From NCBI GenBank assembly GCA_951406725.2, contig OX597821.1:56730001-56794000 (forward strand): 64,000 bases of DNA. Direction: 5' to 3'. Made by a program: the position numbers and the translations under genes. The DNA is from Octopus vulgaris. Its lineage: Eukaryota. The notes below the pieces were generated by a model, which searched no databases, was not told where the DNA came from, and saw only the letters and a program-made list of their open reading frames with translations. Positions 41,862 through 53,945 of the stretch are shown here, piece by piece (position 1 is the stretch's first letter; each line of letters opens with the position of its first letter).

Positions 41862-42687
41862 AATAATAATAATAATAATAATGATGATGATAATGATGAT
41901 GATGATGATGATGACGACGATGACGATGACGATGATGATGATGATTGCAATCCCTCTGACCAAAATTTTGCCCAAATAGAAGTGGAGAAATTGTCAAAGT
42001 AGAAAGACCTCGAAATTGGAGTATTCAAGACGTGGTGAAGTCTGTTTTCTTCTAATTATCTACACGCAGTCACATATCAACAGATTACATTCTTGCCTAA
42101 GAGTAAGACAATTGGAATCTGTTTAAATTGCATTTTCAGTTGTTAATCATGAAATAAAATTTAGAGGTAATCTAATATAGGATATCGAGGATATGTATGA
42201 AATGCCTGTCTGTGTCATGCGTTATTATTGAAATCGAAAGACAGATTCTTTAGTTATACAGAGACTTTCACTTTTAATCCTCTAATGTTAATCGTGCTAT
42301 CTAATTCGTGAAGTTAAATGACTTGTTATAATACTCATAATAATTTCAGAGTTGACTCTCATGCGTGATGGGATTTTTATCATATATTGAAGCAATAAAC
42401 GTTAATCGTAATATAACTTAATATATGATACTAGTGAAACCATGTAAGGTAAGATTCAAGCATTGACAAAACTAACCGTACATATATCTATTATGGATTA
42501 CTTTTGAAATATTGGATATTGAAATTTATATTGATTTAAAAGTTACTAGTTGTCTGTTGATGGTTATTACTTAGCTCTTGTTTCTCACTGAAATGTAAGA
42601 AATAAATATACTAAGTAAATATACTAAAACCAGTACATGTGTTTGGTATCATTATATTGCTCCAAGCCGGCGAGCTGGCAGAATCGT

Positions 42688-43683
42688 CGCACACTTCCGG
42701 TGTTTTTCTAGGTGTACGTGAGTCATTTTGACGGTATTTTCAAAGTGCTAACATCGTTTATTTTGTTTCAGTGTTTTAAACACTTCGATTAATTGGTTTT
42801 GTGATGCTTTGCAGCGATTTGTTTGTGCTTCCCCTCCTCATAGAAGAGGGTCGGCTTAGTGAAAAAAATGTCTGACATGTCGTCTTCAGAGAGGAATTTT
42901 TGAAAACGGTCAAGAGAATGGACGAAAAATTAAATGAAGAGAAATTTTGTGGATGAGGTAAAGTGCCAGGAAAATGATATTAATATTGGTGAATGTGAAA
43001 ATTACAAACATTTATTAAGTTGGGATGGATTTGACATTAAATTGTCCCCCACCCCCACAAGAGACGCTTAATAATATGAAAGAAAGAAGAATTTTGTACA
43101 AAACATTTTCAATAATTAAAGGAAAAATTGACGTCATGATCATGGGTCAAATTGAAAAAGCGTTAAGACCAATATGGCATGGAATTTTGTACCTTGCGAG
43201 AGGTTCTAAATTCGGGGAAGTGGAGGTGAGATTCAAGGACGCGGCAACAGCGAAAAAGCACACAGTGACTACCATTACGAGTGAGGAAGTGGTGCTTTTG
43301 CCTACTTACCGTAGACAACGTGCAACCACAGTTAGGGTGGAGGGAATTCCGCCAGAGATAGATGTGACCTGGATAGCAGTCGTTGTTCTTCTGGGAAATG
43401 AGGACAACATAGTGGTTCTCCAGGCCACAAAAACGCAAAGTGTTATATGGAAGGGATATATACTGGACATGATTATTCAAGGTTCAACCGAAACCCTAGA
43501 AAATATTACAGAAACAATAATTATGGACGACGTGATAATGAGGGTCAGGATGGAGGGCAGAATCCCTCGGTGCTTTTAATGTGGCCTGAAGGGCGACATC
43601 AGAGCGGACTGCCCTTCACCTACCAAAAAGACAGAGAAGATACGAAAGAGCCCCAGAAAGAGCAAGTGAGTAATAAAAAGATT
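42688..43683 (+). mobile_element. Solo ORF1-only (Gag-like) non-autonomous retroelement with an 8-bp TSD, inserted into a SINE
   Basis: ORF 43025-43579 is homologous to the array ORFs (RGSKFG.VEV.FK, LLPTY, VRVEGIPP, VIMRVRMEGR.PRC); ends GTGAGTAATAAAAAGATT; TSD AGAATCGT at 42680-42687 and 43684-43691. Confidence 0.85.
43025..43612 (+). pseudogene. ORF1-like pseudogene with a stop inside the CCHC knuckle (CF*CGLKGDIRADC)
   Basis: TGCTTTTAATGTGGCCTGAAGGGCGACATCAGAGCGGACTGC. Confidence 0.85.
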
Positions 43684-43888
43684 AGAATCGTTAGTTCGCC
43701 GAGTGAAATGCTTAACGGTATTTCGTGGCTTTACATTCTGAGTTCAAATTTCGCCGAGGTCGTCTTTGCCCTTCATCCTTTCGTTGTCGATAAATTAAGT
43801 ATCAGTTGCGTACTGGAGTCGATCTAAAAGATTGGTCTCCTCCACCAAAATTTCAGGCACTGTGCCTATAGTAGAAAGGATTATTATA
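43684..43888 (+). mobile_element. 3' part of the SINE split by the ORF1 element (5' part at 42669-42687); tail type 1
   Basis: GGCGAGCTGGCAGAATCGT (42669-42687) joins AGAATCGTTAGTTCGCCGAG..GAGTTCAAATTTCGCC..AGTAGAAAGGATTATTAT. Confidence 0.85.
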
Positions 43889-46104
43889 TTGTTCCTCTAT
43901 CGTTCTTATTACTTTTTGGTAGGGGGCGACAAGACTCTCGGACGACCTTATACAATAGAAACTATTTGGGAGAGAAAATGTAAATATGTTGGTACTTATC
44001 TCAGTAAATTTAAATATTTTCAGCCGAGTAGAGTAACTCTCTTGTGGAGCATATTCGCCGAAAGTTTATTGTAATATCATTGTTTTCTTAATGATACTTA
44101 TTTGCTACAATTTTTCAAACCTTCTGGTATAAAATAAAAGTATGTAAGATTATAAGAGAGAAATGATTTATGAGAGGAAACGTTAAAAGTAAATATGTCG
44201 GTACTTTTCTCATTAAACTGAAATATCTTCAGTCGAGTAATGTAATCATCTCGTGGTTTTATTTGCCGACGGTTTATTGTATCGTCATCATCGTGACCAA
44301 GCCTTCAGGCAACAAATTAAACTATACGAGATTATAATGTAGCATTAGCAACGTAGCATTATAATGAGATTATAATGTATCATTAGCGACGTAGCGTTTA
44401 TGATTTGGTTAGATCATGGAATTGAAACTGAGTTGCAGGCACTGATTAAAGGCAATTTATCCTCTACTCTACGCCGACCTTCACTTTCATTAAAAACGAT
44501 CACTTTTCTTGAACGATACCTCTAAATCAAAATATAAAACTTAACGAACCAAGTAAATTATCCAGATACGGTTTCAAATTCATATCTTCCCTTGCACGCC
44601 ACTAATGCTATTTCAAATTAAATGAGTGTCATAAAATACGATTTCATATATTTTGACTAAGAGTACATGGTTGATTAGATTTACTCAGAGTATTATGGGT
44701 CGATAAAAAAGGATGGCGAGCAAATTCGCCCTTGTATTTCCACTTTGAAACTAAAGGAATTATACTAGATTAGCTGTTCTTGATATCATGAAAATTTTTA
44801 AACTTTCGAGAGTATGTGAAATAATTCCCTTTTGGTACAGTGGACCTCGAAGCACATAAAGCTATACATAATAGCGTGTAAATATTTGGTTGAGAAACTC
44901 ATATCTGTAGAAAAAGCCGAAAGATGCCTGTGGGAAATTAAATCACATTTCCTGTAGATATCAAAGGCGTTCTACCATTGGGCCAAATCATTTTAGAAAC
45001 TTTGTTCTTACAAGCGAGAATTATATGTTGTTGACTTCATAATAATTTATAAACTTTCGAGAATCTCGGAGCACATAATGCTATTAAAAATAGCATGTAA
45101 ATATTGGGTTAAAAATCCCTTTTTCCAAAAAAGTCGAAAGCTATTCAAAAGAACAGATTTCTAACATTTACAGGTTATCAGTTATTGCTTTATGTGCCTC
45201 ACGATCCACCATTCAAAAATAGATTAGATGTACTTAATCTTTCTTCACTGTTTCAGTGAAATTTGACTCAATTGTTATTGATTAAAATTGGATAAATTTG
45301 ATGTAAGAATAATACAAGGTCAATTCTTTATATGATGCGTATTTACAATTCCTGACAAGTTTGTTAGGCAATTTAAACGTTGCTAATTGTTCTATTGAAC
45401 ACGTCCTGTCGTATTACAACTTTCAAAATAATTTCAGGTAAAATATTATTACTGTTTGTAAGTTTTCAAACTTTTAAACCAATATCCTCTTTAGGAAATA
45501 TCAGAAAACTTGCCCCACTGGCTTTTCTTGTCCAAATGTATAAGGAGTGGTATACTAAATTCCGAGTGAACTTAGTATACCATTTATTTGAAGAAAGAAG
45601 GATAAAAGCTGGAACCTAGCGGCAACTGTTAGTGGCTCTCAAAGGAAAGAAGATATAATTTTATGTAGTTATGAATTAATTTCCCCAAGTTAATCTAATC
45701 TTTGTTTGCAGTTCAGTGAACAGGAGCGAAAGTATATTCCGTTCCATTAGACCTCGTCACTTTTGTATAGTCTACTCAGATCTGCTTAAATGTTTGACAA
45801 AGATTTTTACAGAGATACAAATAATTTTTGAGTAGAATAATTTGCATACATAAAAAGTAAAATGAGCTAAGTTTACTTTAAAATCGATCTATTTAATACT
45901 CAGATTGTGAAATCGAATACTGAAAGAGAAATCTAACTAGAGATTACAGAGACTACGAGGCGCCAATTTTTTTAATATTTTAATTTCTCATTACCGTTTT
46001 TAGACTCATGTTTTATGATGAAACAAAATCAATGAGATTAGTCGTATTGTGAATTAAATGTGGCCGATTTTATTCAGTGTGTGTCATAGGAATTGATTTT
46101 TTTA

Positions 46105-47283
46105 TGACTATGACTGTAGTTGATGGAGTCCATTCAAGCCCAGCAAAAGTCACCAGCGGTGTTCCCCAGGGGACTGTTTTGGGTCAGCTACTCTTCATAA
46201 TTTACATAAACGACCTTTCCAGTGTCGTACATTACTGCAAAGTGAAAATATTTGCTGATGACACTAAGCTCCAGCAAATCGTCAATGAAGAAGCAGACCG
46301 AACTCAACTCCAGTCTGATCTATATGCCGTGAGTCAATGGGCAGACAGAAACAAAATGCAACTGAATGAGGGAAAATTTGAGCTGATGCATTTTGGAAGA
46401 AATTCCTCACTAAAACAACCATACTCTCTTCCTTCAGGGGAACCGCTCACAGCCTCTAACAATATCAGAGACCTGGGTGTAATTGTTGATGACGATCTCA
46501 GTTGGAGTGCACACATCAACAAGAAGGTCGATATAGCTCGTAGGATGAGTTCCTGGATCTTAAGAACTTTCCGGTCCAGAGAACAAGGTGTCATCATACC
46601 ACTTTTTTCCTCCTTTGTACGGCCACACCTTGAATACTGCTGCCCACTGTGGTCTCCTCACACAAGACAAAACATCTCCAGAATTGAGTCACCCCAGAGG
46701 GCACTCATTAAACGCATTGAAGGCATGGCTGCTCTCGATTATTGGGATCGACTTAAAGCCTTGAAACTTTACTCCCTCCAGCGTCGCCGTGAGCGGTACA
46801 TCATTTGTACGATGTGGAGAATATACCACCAATTTTGCCCAAACGACCTTAACATTAGCTTCAAGGTTCATCCAAGACTGGGACCACGGGCCATACGACC
46901 CCTGCCCAATTCAAGATCACAACATACATGTATACTGCAACATAATTTCTTTTCCTCAACAGGCCCTGCCCTATTTAACATTGTCCCGAGGGAGATCAAA
47001 GAGGAAAAGGACCCCATCAACTTTAAACGGAGTCTGGATAGATTCCTTCAAAGAATACCAGATAAGCCACCCATAATTGGATACAACTCACCCAAAAAGA
47101 ACTCACTACTTGAACAAAACTTGATACAACTCACCCAACAAGAACTCACTACTTGAACCAAACTTGACTTAAACAAAACTTGCCTTAAACAGGATTCGAA
47201 TAATCCTATCAGGTGGTGCTATTAAGTTAGACATGGCCTGGACCAATCTTTGGTCGAAACATATCTAAGTTTATCTAAGTTTA
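46105..47283 (+). mobile_element. 5'-truncated CR1/L2-group LINE with an open ORF2 C-terminus (RT domains 4-7)
   Basis: SGVPQGTVLG.LLF.IYINDL, FADDTKL, RDLGV.VD..LSW..HI, VRPHLEYC..LWSP, LYSL.RRR.R; 3' tail (ATCTAAGTTT)2. Confidence 0.92.
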
Positions 47284-50200
47284 TGAGCTTATATTGTTAT
47301 TTTCCTTTTTGCTGTCTAGAAAAGTAAAGAAAAATGCTTTACGTTACGATTTTCTATCGTATCTATTCCACTTCAGTTTATGCTCAAATATACTTAAGAA
47401 AGATATGGGAAATGGGTCATGTCTCCCGCTTTTTCCAACAAATGTGTGATCCCATACGTATATAAGAAATTTCTTTTGATTTTTATAAACCGTAAATCAA
47501 GGGATTCAATGTCTCTTGATTTAAGTTTAGGTTTGTACATCAAAATTCTGAGTTCAATTTTAGTAAGTGGTTTACATTGTATTGCATTTGTCTTGGATTT
47601 ATGAAATTAACGCCAGTCTTTCACATTATGTCGATTTAAATACAAAAGTTAAATTAATTACTTATGATTACAGAAGAACTGGATATTGATTTCTAGGGAT
47701 AATGGAGCTCTTCCGCACAACTGAAAATCCATTAGATGTTTTGCACTACTCTTTGTTTTGCTCAATTTGATTTCTCGTTCAAATATCGCCTTGACAAGTT
47801 CCATTGTTCATTCTTCCGGCAAAAATAATATTGTAAGTATAACAGCAATATATTTAAACAGGCACACTGAAGGAAGCGACTGCTACTTCTCTTCTCTGAT
47901 AAATATATGAATGTCATTTTCATACAAAATAAATCAGTTATAGCTATGTGGGAAATTGTCTTCCTGAAATAACTTTGTAATTTATTTGACACCTGAATTT
48001 GAATCGACATCAATTATTTGAAATACTGGTAACTATTTTATATATCACAAATAAATGTAATATAATCCTATTCTATAATCTGTATTATACACATTGATTA
48101 AATTGCCTTATTAATGTCAACTTGTAATGATTTAGTGGAGATCGAATTAGATGACGAATTTCATATCAATTACACTTAACACCAAATATGTTTTTTCGGT
48201 TCTTCAAAATATAATCTCCAATTACATTGTTTCTCTTCCGTTCTTTCTAAGAATATAACATAGCGCTGGAAAGCACTGAGGAAGGGTTGTATGATATTTT
48301 CACTTCCTATCTGCTCCTCAGTTTCGATTAAAATCATACGTTATACTCGTTTTTCTATACCTGAGTAGTGATGGTCTCTTTCTAAACTGAGCTTAACAAC
48401 TTTCTTTTGAAGCACAGCACCATATTTCTGAAGCTTATGCAGAAGATTTAATCGTGATTTCATCAAGCCATAAGGGTTTCTCTTCCATTTCTTTAAGCTA
48501 AATAAAGCTTTCGGTGTAGTCTCAAAGCCATAAACTTGACAGTGGGGACTGGATTATATAGATGCAGTTACCAGACTGTTGTTTATATTACCATCTAAAT
48601 AGGATATTTTACCAAGCTCTCTACTTCGAATTCATTAGGTCTGAGCAAAATATTATTTTCCTATTATTTACATATGACATAACCAGAGAAATAACGACAA
48701 CATCCATAACCATTTCGGAGCTTCTGGGCTTGATAGGAAGAAAAGAAGTGACCTTAAGACCGAAGAATTAGCCAGAATATTTGAAACAGGGTGGACTCTG
48801 CTTTACTCGCTTAGAAATGTATTGTTTAATTCCCTCTGATTGAATTCCCACAACTTGCTACACTCAAATTTCACTTACAAGGCTTTGGCTGAACTAAGCT
48901 CATAAAAAATTACATTTATTCAATGCACTGGCTACTGGAGTTGAACTAAAAAATATGTAACTGTAATGTGAACTTCGTAATAATATACACAGCCCTGCAC
49001 TATATGTAAATTAAATCCAGAAGAATTATGTATATTTCACATTATCTTTAATTATTAGTAAGCTAACTATTTTCAGATGGTTTCTACAAAGATTCTGATT
49101 TCTAGTATATTAATTTCCCTGTCTGTAACAAAAATTATTACTAGGAAGAGAATAGGTTTATATATTAATGATTACAAATTGATTTCAATATTGAACATCA
49201 GCTTCATATTTGATAGCATCTAGAATCTTTCGCTATCTCTTTCCTTGATCGCATACTTGGACATGAGTAATGTTTGTAGCCATCATTTTTCGATATGATT
49301 ATAAATTTGATCTGAAGATGTAAACGTACAAAAAACAGTAATTCCCAGAAGTATCTATATTACTATAGACGCTATTTTATAACTATCATGTTTGCCTCCG
49401 CTATATATCAAATATATCAAGGGCACATATCAAATATTTCTTCCGCATGTTTTCAGTTTCTTTTTTTTTTCTCTAAAACTGGAAGCAGATTCTTTGAATA
49501 CATCTAGCAGAGTCGGAATATATCTGGAGCAACTAAAACACCAAATGCTGTTTTCGCCATAGAAAGTACAATAGTCTTTTCAGTGACTCGTTTGTCGTTT
49601 AGTGTGTCTGAAACACCTATCTGTTGTTTGTATTGGAAAAGTTATGCATAGATACATTTTAGAATCATTTATTTATGATACTGTGAATCCAAAATCTAGT
49701 TTCCAATCAGTAACAAGTATTTTGTTCATATTTTTTTTTACCCCCGTAACATAGCGTCAGCGGTTCTGTAAAAGCGACTCATAGAATATGAACCAGGCTT
49801 TAAAAAATAATGAATACTGGGATCGATTTGTTCGGCTAAAAGTTTTTCAATGTGGTGCCCCAGCATGGCCACATTCTAACGACTAAAACAAGATACTGGA
49901 ACCAGCTTTTTATTCAGAAATGATCTTGTTTCGAGAATCTAACGTGCAGCATGCCATCAGCCTATATAGTTCGCTTTCACTATGCTATTCAACTACTATC
50001 AATACTGAATTTCTGATATAGTTTTAAAAAACATACATACATACATACCTCTGAAGATTATTTTGAGAGAGTGACATATGGAAATAAAATAATGTTGAAC
50101 TTTTGATGCCATATAAAGTGACAAAATGATAATGTGAAATCTAATTAACAGCGGCAGAAACAGTAGTAATACCAAAAGGAGCCCGGGCGGCGCGAAATCT

Positions 50201-51869
50201 CGTAATCTCGCAGTTTCGGCGCCCGTAGCAGACTTTACTATGCCAAAGATATAAATATGAATGTTTTTATGCAATGTCCGACCTCTCTAGGTAAATAACG
50301 CAGTATTTACAGTTCTAATACAACATCTACGTTAATTTGGATATCAAAATGAAATCAACTTAGTCAATTTTCTTGCTTTTGTTAGGTCCGACTATAGAAA
50401 ATAATTGTTCAATACGATTACAAACAGACCTCATTTTCTTCTGGCCAGTAATACCACTTCCAAGTATAATACAATATAGTTGTAAAAAGCCAGAGCAACT
50501 GAAACGCATGGAATAAAAAGAAAAACATAGCCACCTAAGTAAGTAATTCGTAATTTTAAACCGCTACAAGTTTGTATTGGGAACACTGATGATATTAAAC
50601 CAGATGTCGTTTCGTGTACAATTCTTTAATCTCTTACAATTTCCAGTAAGTTGGTGTGAAAATTTTGATGAAAAGAATAAATCAATGATAGTTAGTAGTA
50701 TGAATTATGAAGCACTTTAAACTATATATGAAGAGAATGCTGCAAAGAACTGAAGCAAAAACTAAAAGTATGTTGCATTTGTTTATATCTGTGTACACAA
50801 AAATACAATTGGGATAAATCTGTGTTCCATAATGGACATTTAAATTAACTGACAAAATATATTTCTAATACGATTTATAATCAATTTAACTAGTTATACA
50901 GACCAAATTAGACTGTGTATTTTATATCATTTCTACTGTAAAAGTATGTCATCCCCAAGTACATCGTTCAATTTTGCAAGACGAAATTTTCAGTCATTCT
51001 TTGTGACAAATCGATCGTGACCTTGCTGTTACTTTCTTGCGCAATTTATATCGAGCTCTGCTCTTACAAACGTCCGGCCTAGCTTTACTTACAGTTGAAT
51101 GCATGGTTATTACAGTAAAACCTATGTATTTAAATACTTTCGTTTTAAGTTCCCTCAGTATTGAAATACTGTCTCTGCAGTTTCTGTTTTGTTTGCAAAC
51201 TTTGCATTACAACCACTATTGTTCCTACCTGAAAAATATTCATTTTTATACGTTAAATTGTATCTCTTATCAACATCCTATTTGTACAATGAAGTTTTCT
51301 TTAGCCAACTATCATATCTTGTTGATTAAGTTGTATTAATTTCAACAAACATTCATAGGAATTCGATATGCTTCTAGAAACTAATCAAAAGTATGCGATT
51401 ATGCAATAAGCATACATATGCATATACGCAAGAGTGATCAAGCTTTCATTCAAATTAAATTTTCAGATGCATAATTTGCTGCAGCCTGTTGAACAAAAAT
51501 AAACGCGGACAAAAAAATATTTATCTTGAAAACACAAAAACAGAACTCAATAACTAATATCCTTTAATTCTAAAATAGATTTTCGGAGAGACGAAATTGA
51601 ATGAGCTGGTAAAATTTGAAAAGTTATTAGATCTTTTTCTTAGCAAAAAGCAATCTTTTCCTATTTTATATTATACTAGCATTAAAGACCCGTCGTTGCC
51701 GGGTCATAGTGCTAGTGCATGTATATATGTGTGTATATATATATATATGTGTGTGTAGATATTACATGTACATTTATATATATACATCTACACATAAAAT
51801 ACAAAGTTATATCTTGATATCGCTAGTGACAACAATACTCAAAATATATAACAGACTGGAATTGTTAGC

Positions 51870-52170
51870 CCGTCTCTTGTAATTTCGATCAATTGTATCT
51901 TGTCCTCCCTCTTGTATAGAAGTGTGGCTACAATCCAGCCTACCTCTACTTCTGGAGGGGGGACATTTAAAATTTTTTTTTCCGGCACGTCCTACGTCCC
52001 AGATATAAAGGTAAAAATAAAATATTTCCACTTTGCAAGTTCGAGTCGAGTACTCCCTTGCACGCTCCGTTGACTCGAACCTTGCTTCTATTGTGGCAAA
52101 TTTACCGCCTCTGATTAGATAACTTTCATAGTCGCACCAAGATACTTTTCGAATGTGCTTTCCTCCATGT
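51870..52170 (-). pseudogene. Old degenerate ORF1-like fragment of the same family, directly abutting the 3' end of the array
   Basis: Manual translation across frameshifts: IRGGKFATIEARFESTERAREY...FLPLYLGRRT...VPPPEVEVGWIVATLLYKREDKIQLIE, aligning with TRGSKYGTVVVHFK...LLPTYLNRR...VPPNVEAEWIVAAV. Confidence 0.72.
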
Positions 52171-52171
52171 G

Positions 52172-53919
52172 ATTTCTTTATTACCCACTAAGGGGCTACG
52201 AAGAATGGCGGACATAACAAAACATGGGGACATAGAACATTATAATTAAACTTTATGAAAATGAATTGTTAAACGAAAAAAATGATAAAATGAAAGCGAT
52301 ACCAACGGCCCCGTCCGTCAGCATCACTTACCTGTCCTTTGTTTTTCATAGTCACTTGAATGTTCTTTGTCAATACGAATAAATTCCATATCCATTCTTA
52401 CTCCGAAATACTCATCCATATTTTCCACGAATTCATCGCTCATTCTTATATCTTTCACCTCCCAATTCTCCCTTTCACACCTCCCCATAAACTCACCTAT
52501 GTTCTTCTTTTCAATCACAGCATACCTAGTCTCTCCAACATCATACCATTTATACTCTTCCATTAGACTTTTAACTTCTTTCTGTTCAGTCATAGTACAA
52601 ATGTACGGCCTGGGTTCGATTTCAATCTCTTGTGTGTGTGTATTCTTTTTTTGTTTTGTTTTCTTGTTGGGGGGAGCGGGTGGGTTCAATGTCTGCATGG
52701 ATAGGGTGGGACTCAGAGGGTGTGGGTGGTTTTGGGGTAGATTGGAGTTCCATATTTTCTTTTTTTCCACGTATTCTTCTCTTCCTCTTACTTCCAGCTT
52801 CCTTCCATTTCTGTGTATTCTCTTCCTCTGTTTCCTTCTCCTCTGGTTTCTGCTTCTCTCTCTCTGGTTCGGAATCCATTTCTTTCCCTGGGGGAGGGCA
52901 GAAGGCTCTTATGTGACCCCTCAGGCCACACTTGTAACAACGTGGAGCCCTGCCCTCCACCCACACTCTCATGATCACGTCTCCCAGTCTGATGCTTTCC
53001 GTCAGGTCCACCAGTACCTCGGTCTCTGCCTGTACGTTCAGCTCCACCGTTACGCCTCTCCAGCCCTCGGACTTAACCGAGGCATGGAGAATATCCACTT
53101 CGTCCTCGTGGCCGCTGATCACAGCCGCCACAATCCATTCTGCCTCCACGTTTGGTGGCACTCCCTCCACCCTTATTCGTGTAATCCTCCTGTTTAAATA
53201 CGTAGGTAATAGGGTTACCTTTTCTGACTTCACCGCCTTCGCCGCCATCTTCCTCGCTGCAGACTCAGTTTTGAAATGCACAACTACGGTACCGTACTTG
53301 GATCCTCGAGTCAGAAAATTTATTTCCTCCTCAGTTCTTCGCAGGGCCTCCTCTATCCATTCCATGGTTACAACTTCTACCCTCTTCCTTTCGTTTGCGA
53401 ACACCCTGTAAATAATGGTCCTCTTATCATACCATTCCTTTCTCCTGGGTGTCGGTGATAGTTCCACCTCACCGCTTTCCTTTTTCATGTATTTCTGGTA
53501 ACTTGGCAACTTGGCCATGTCTACCCCTTTCTCTTCCGCCTTCTTGGTTACACCGGCATAGGTATAACCCAGCTTCTCTTCCAAATTCCTTGCTGCCATT
53601 TCTAGCTCTTTCTCAGACGTAGGCAGGTCTGATAAAGACTCGAAAATTCCAGCCTTTTCTTCCATCAGCTTCATTGCAATTGCCTGTTCCAGTTCCTCAT
53701 CTGTCGTGGACAAGTCTGTTAGAGACTCATAGTCCATTTCCTTCTGTCTGACAGACCGAGAACGGCCGCCAAAACAGAAAAAGTGTAACGCGCTGAACGA
53801 GCGAAACGCGAAACCGCGTCAACGCCGTTCAGAATTTCCACAACAACAACAACGCTTTTTGTTCTTTTTTACCGAATTTCAGGAGCCGAAAAAAACACGA
53901 CCTTTTTTCTCTACATTGT
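52172..53919 (-). mobile_element. Array unit 1 (subfamily A), ORF1-only element
   Basis: 3' tail begins ATTTCTTTATTACCCAC on +; CpG-rich 5' UTR at 53740-53900. Confidence 0.88.
52324..53737 (-). CDS. ORF1/Gag-like protein (putative RRM-like region, CX2CX4HX4C knuckle CYKCGLRGHIRAFC, charged linker, C-terminal domain); frameshift at about 52640-52675
   Basis: ORF 52622-53737 plus the tail of ORF 52324-52770 together reproduce the continuous C-terminus of ORF 59262-60539. Confidence 0.82.
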
Positions 53920-53945
53920 ATTTCTTTATTACCCACTAAGGGCTG

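Noticed and set aside
43950-45150. Diverged local direct duplications (about 43975/44185 and 44790/45045)
   Set aside because: Old, low-identity tandem duplications with no evident function.
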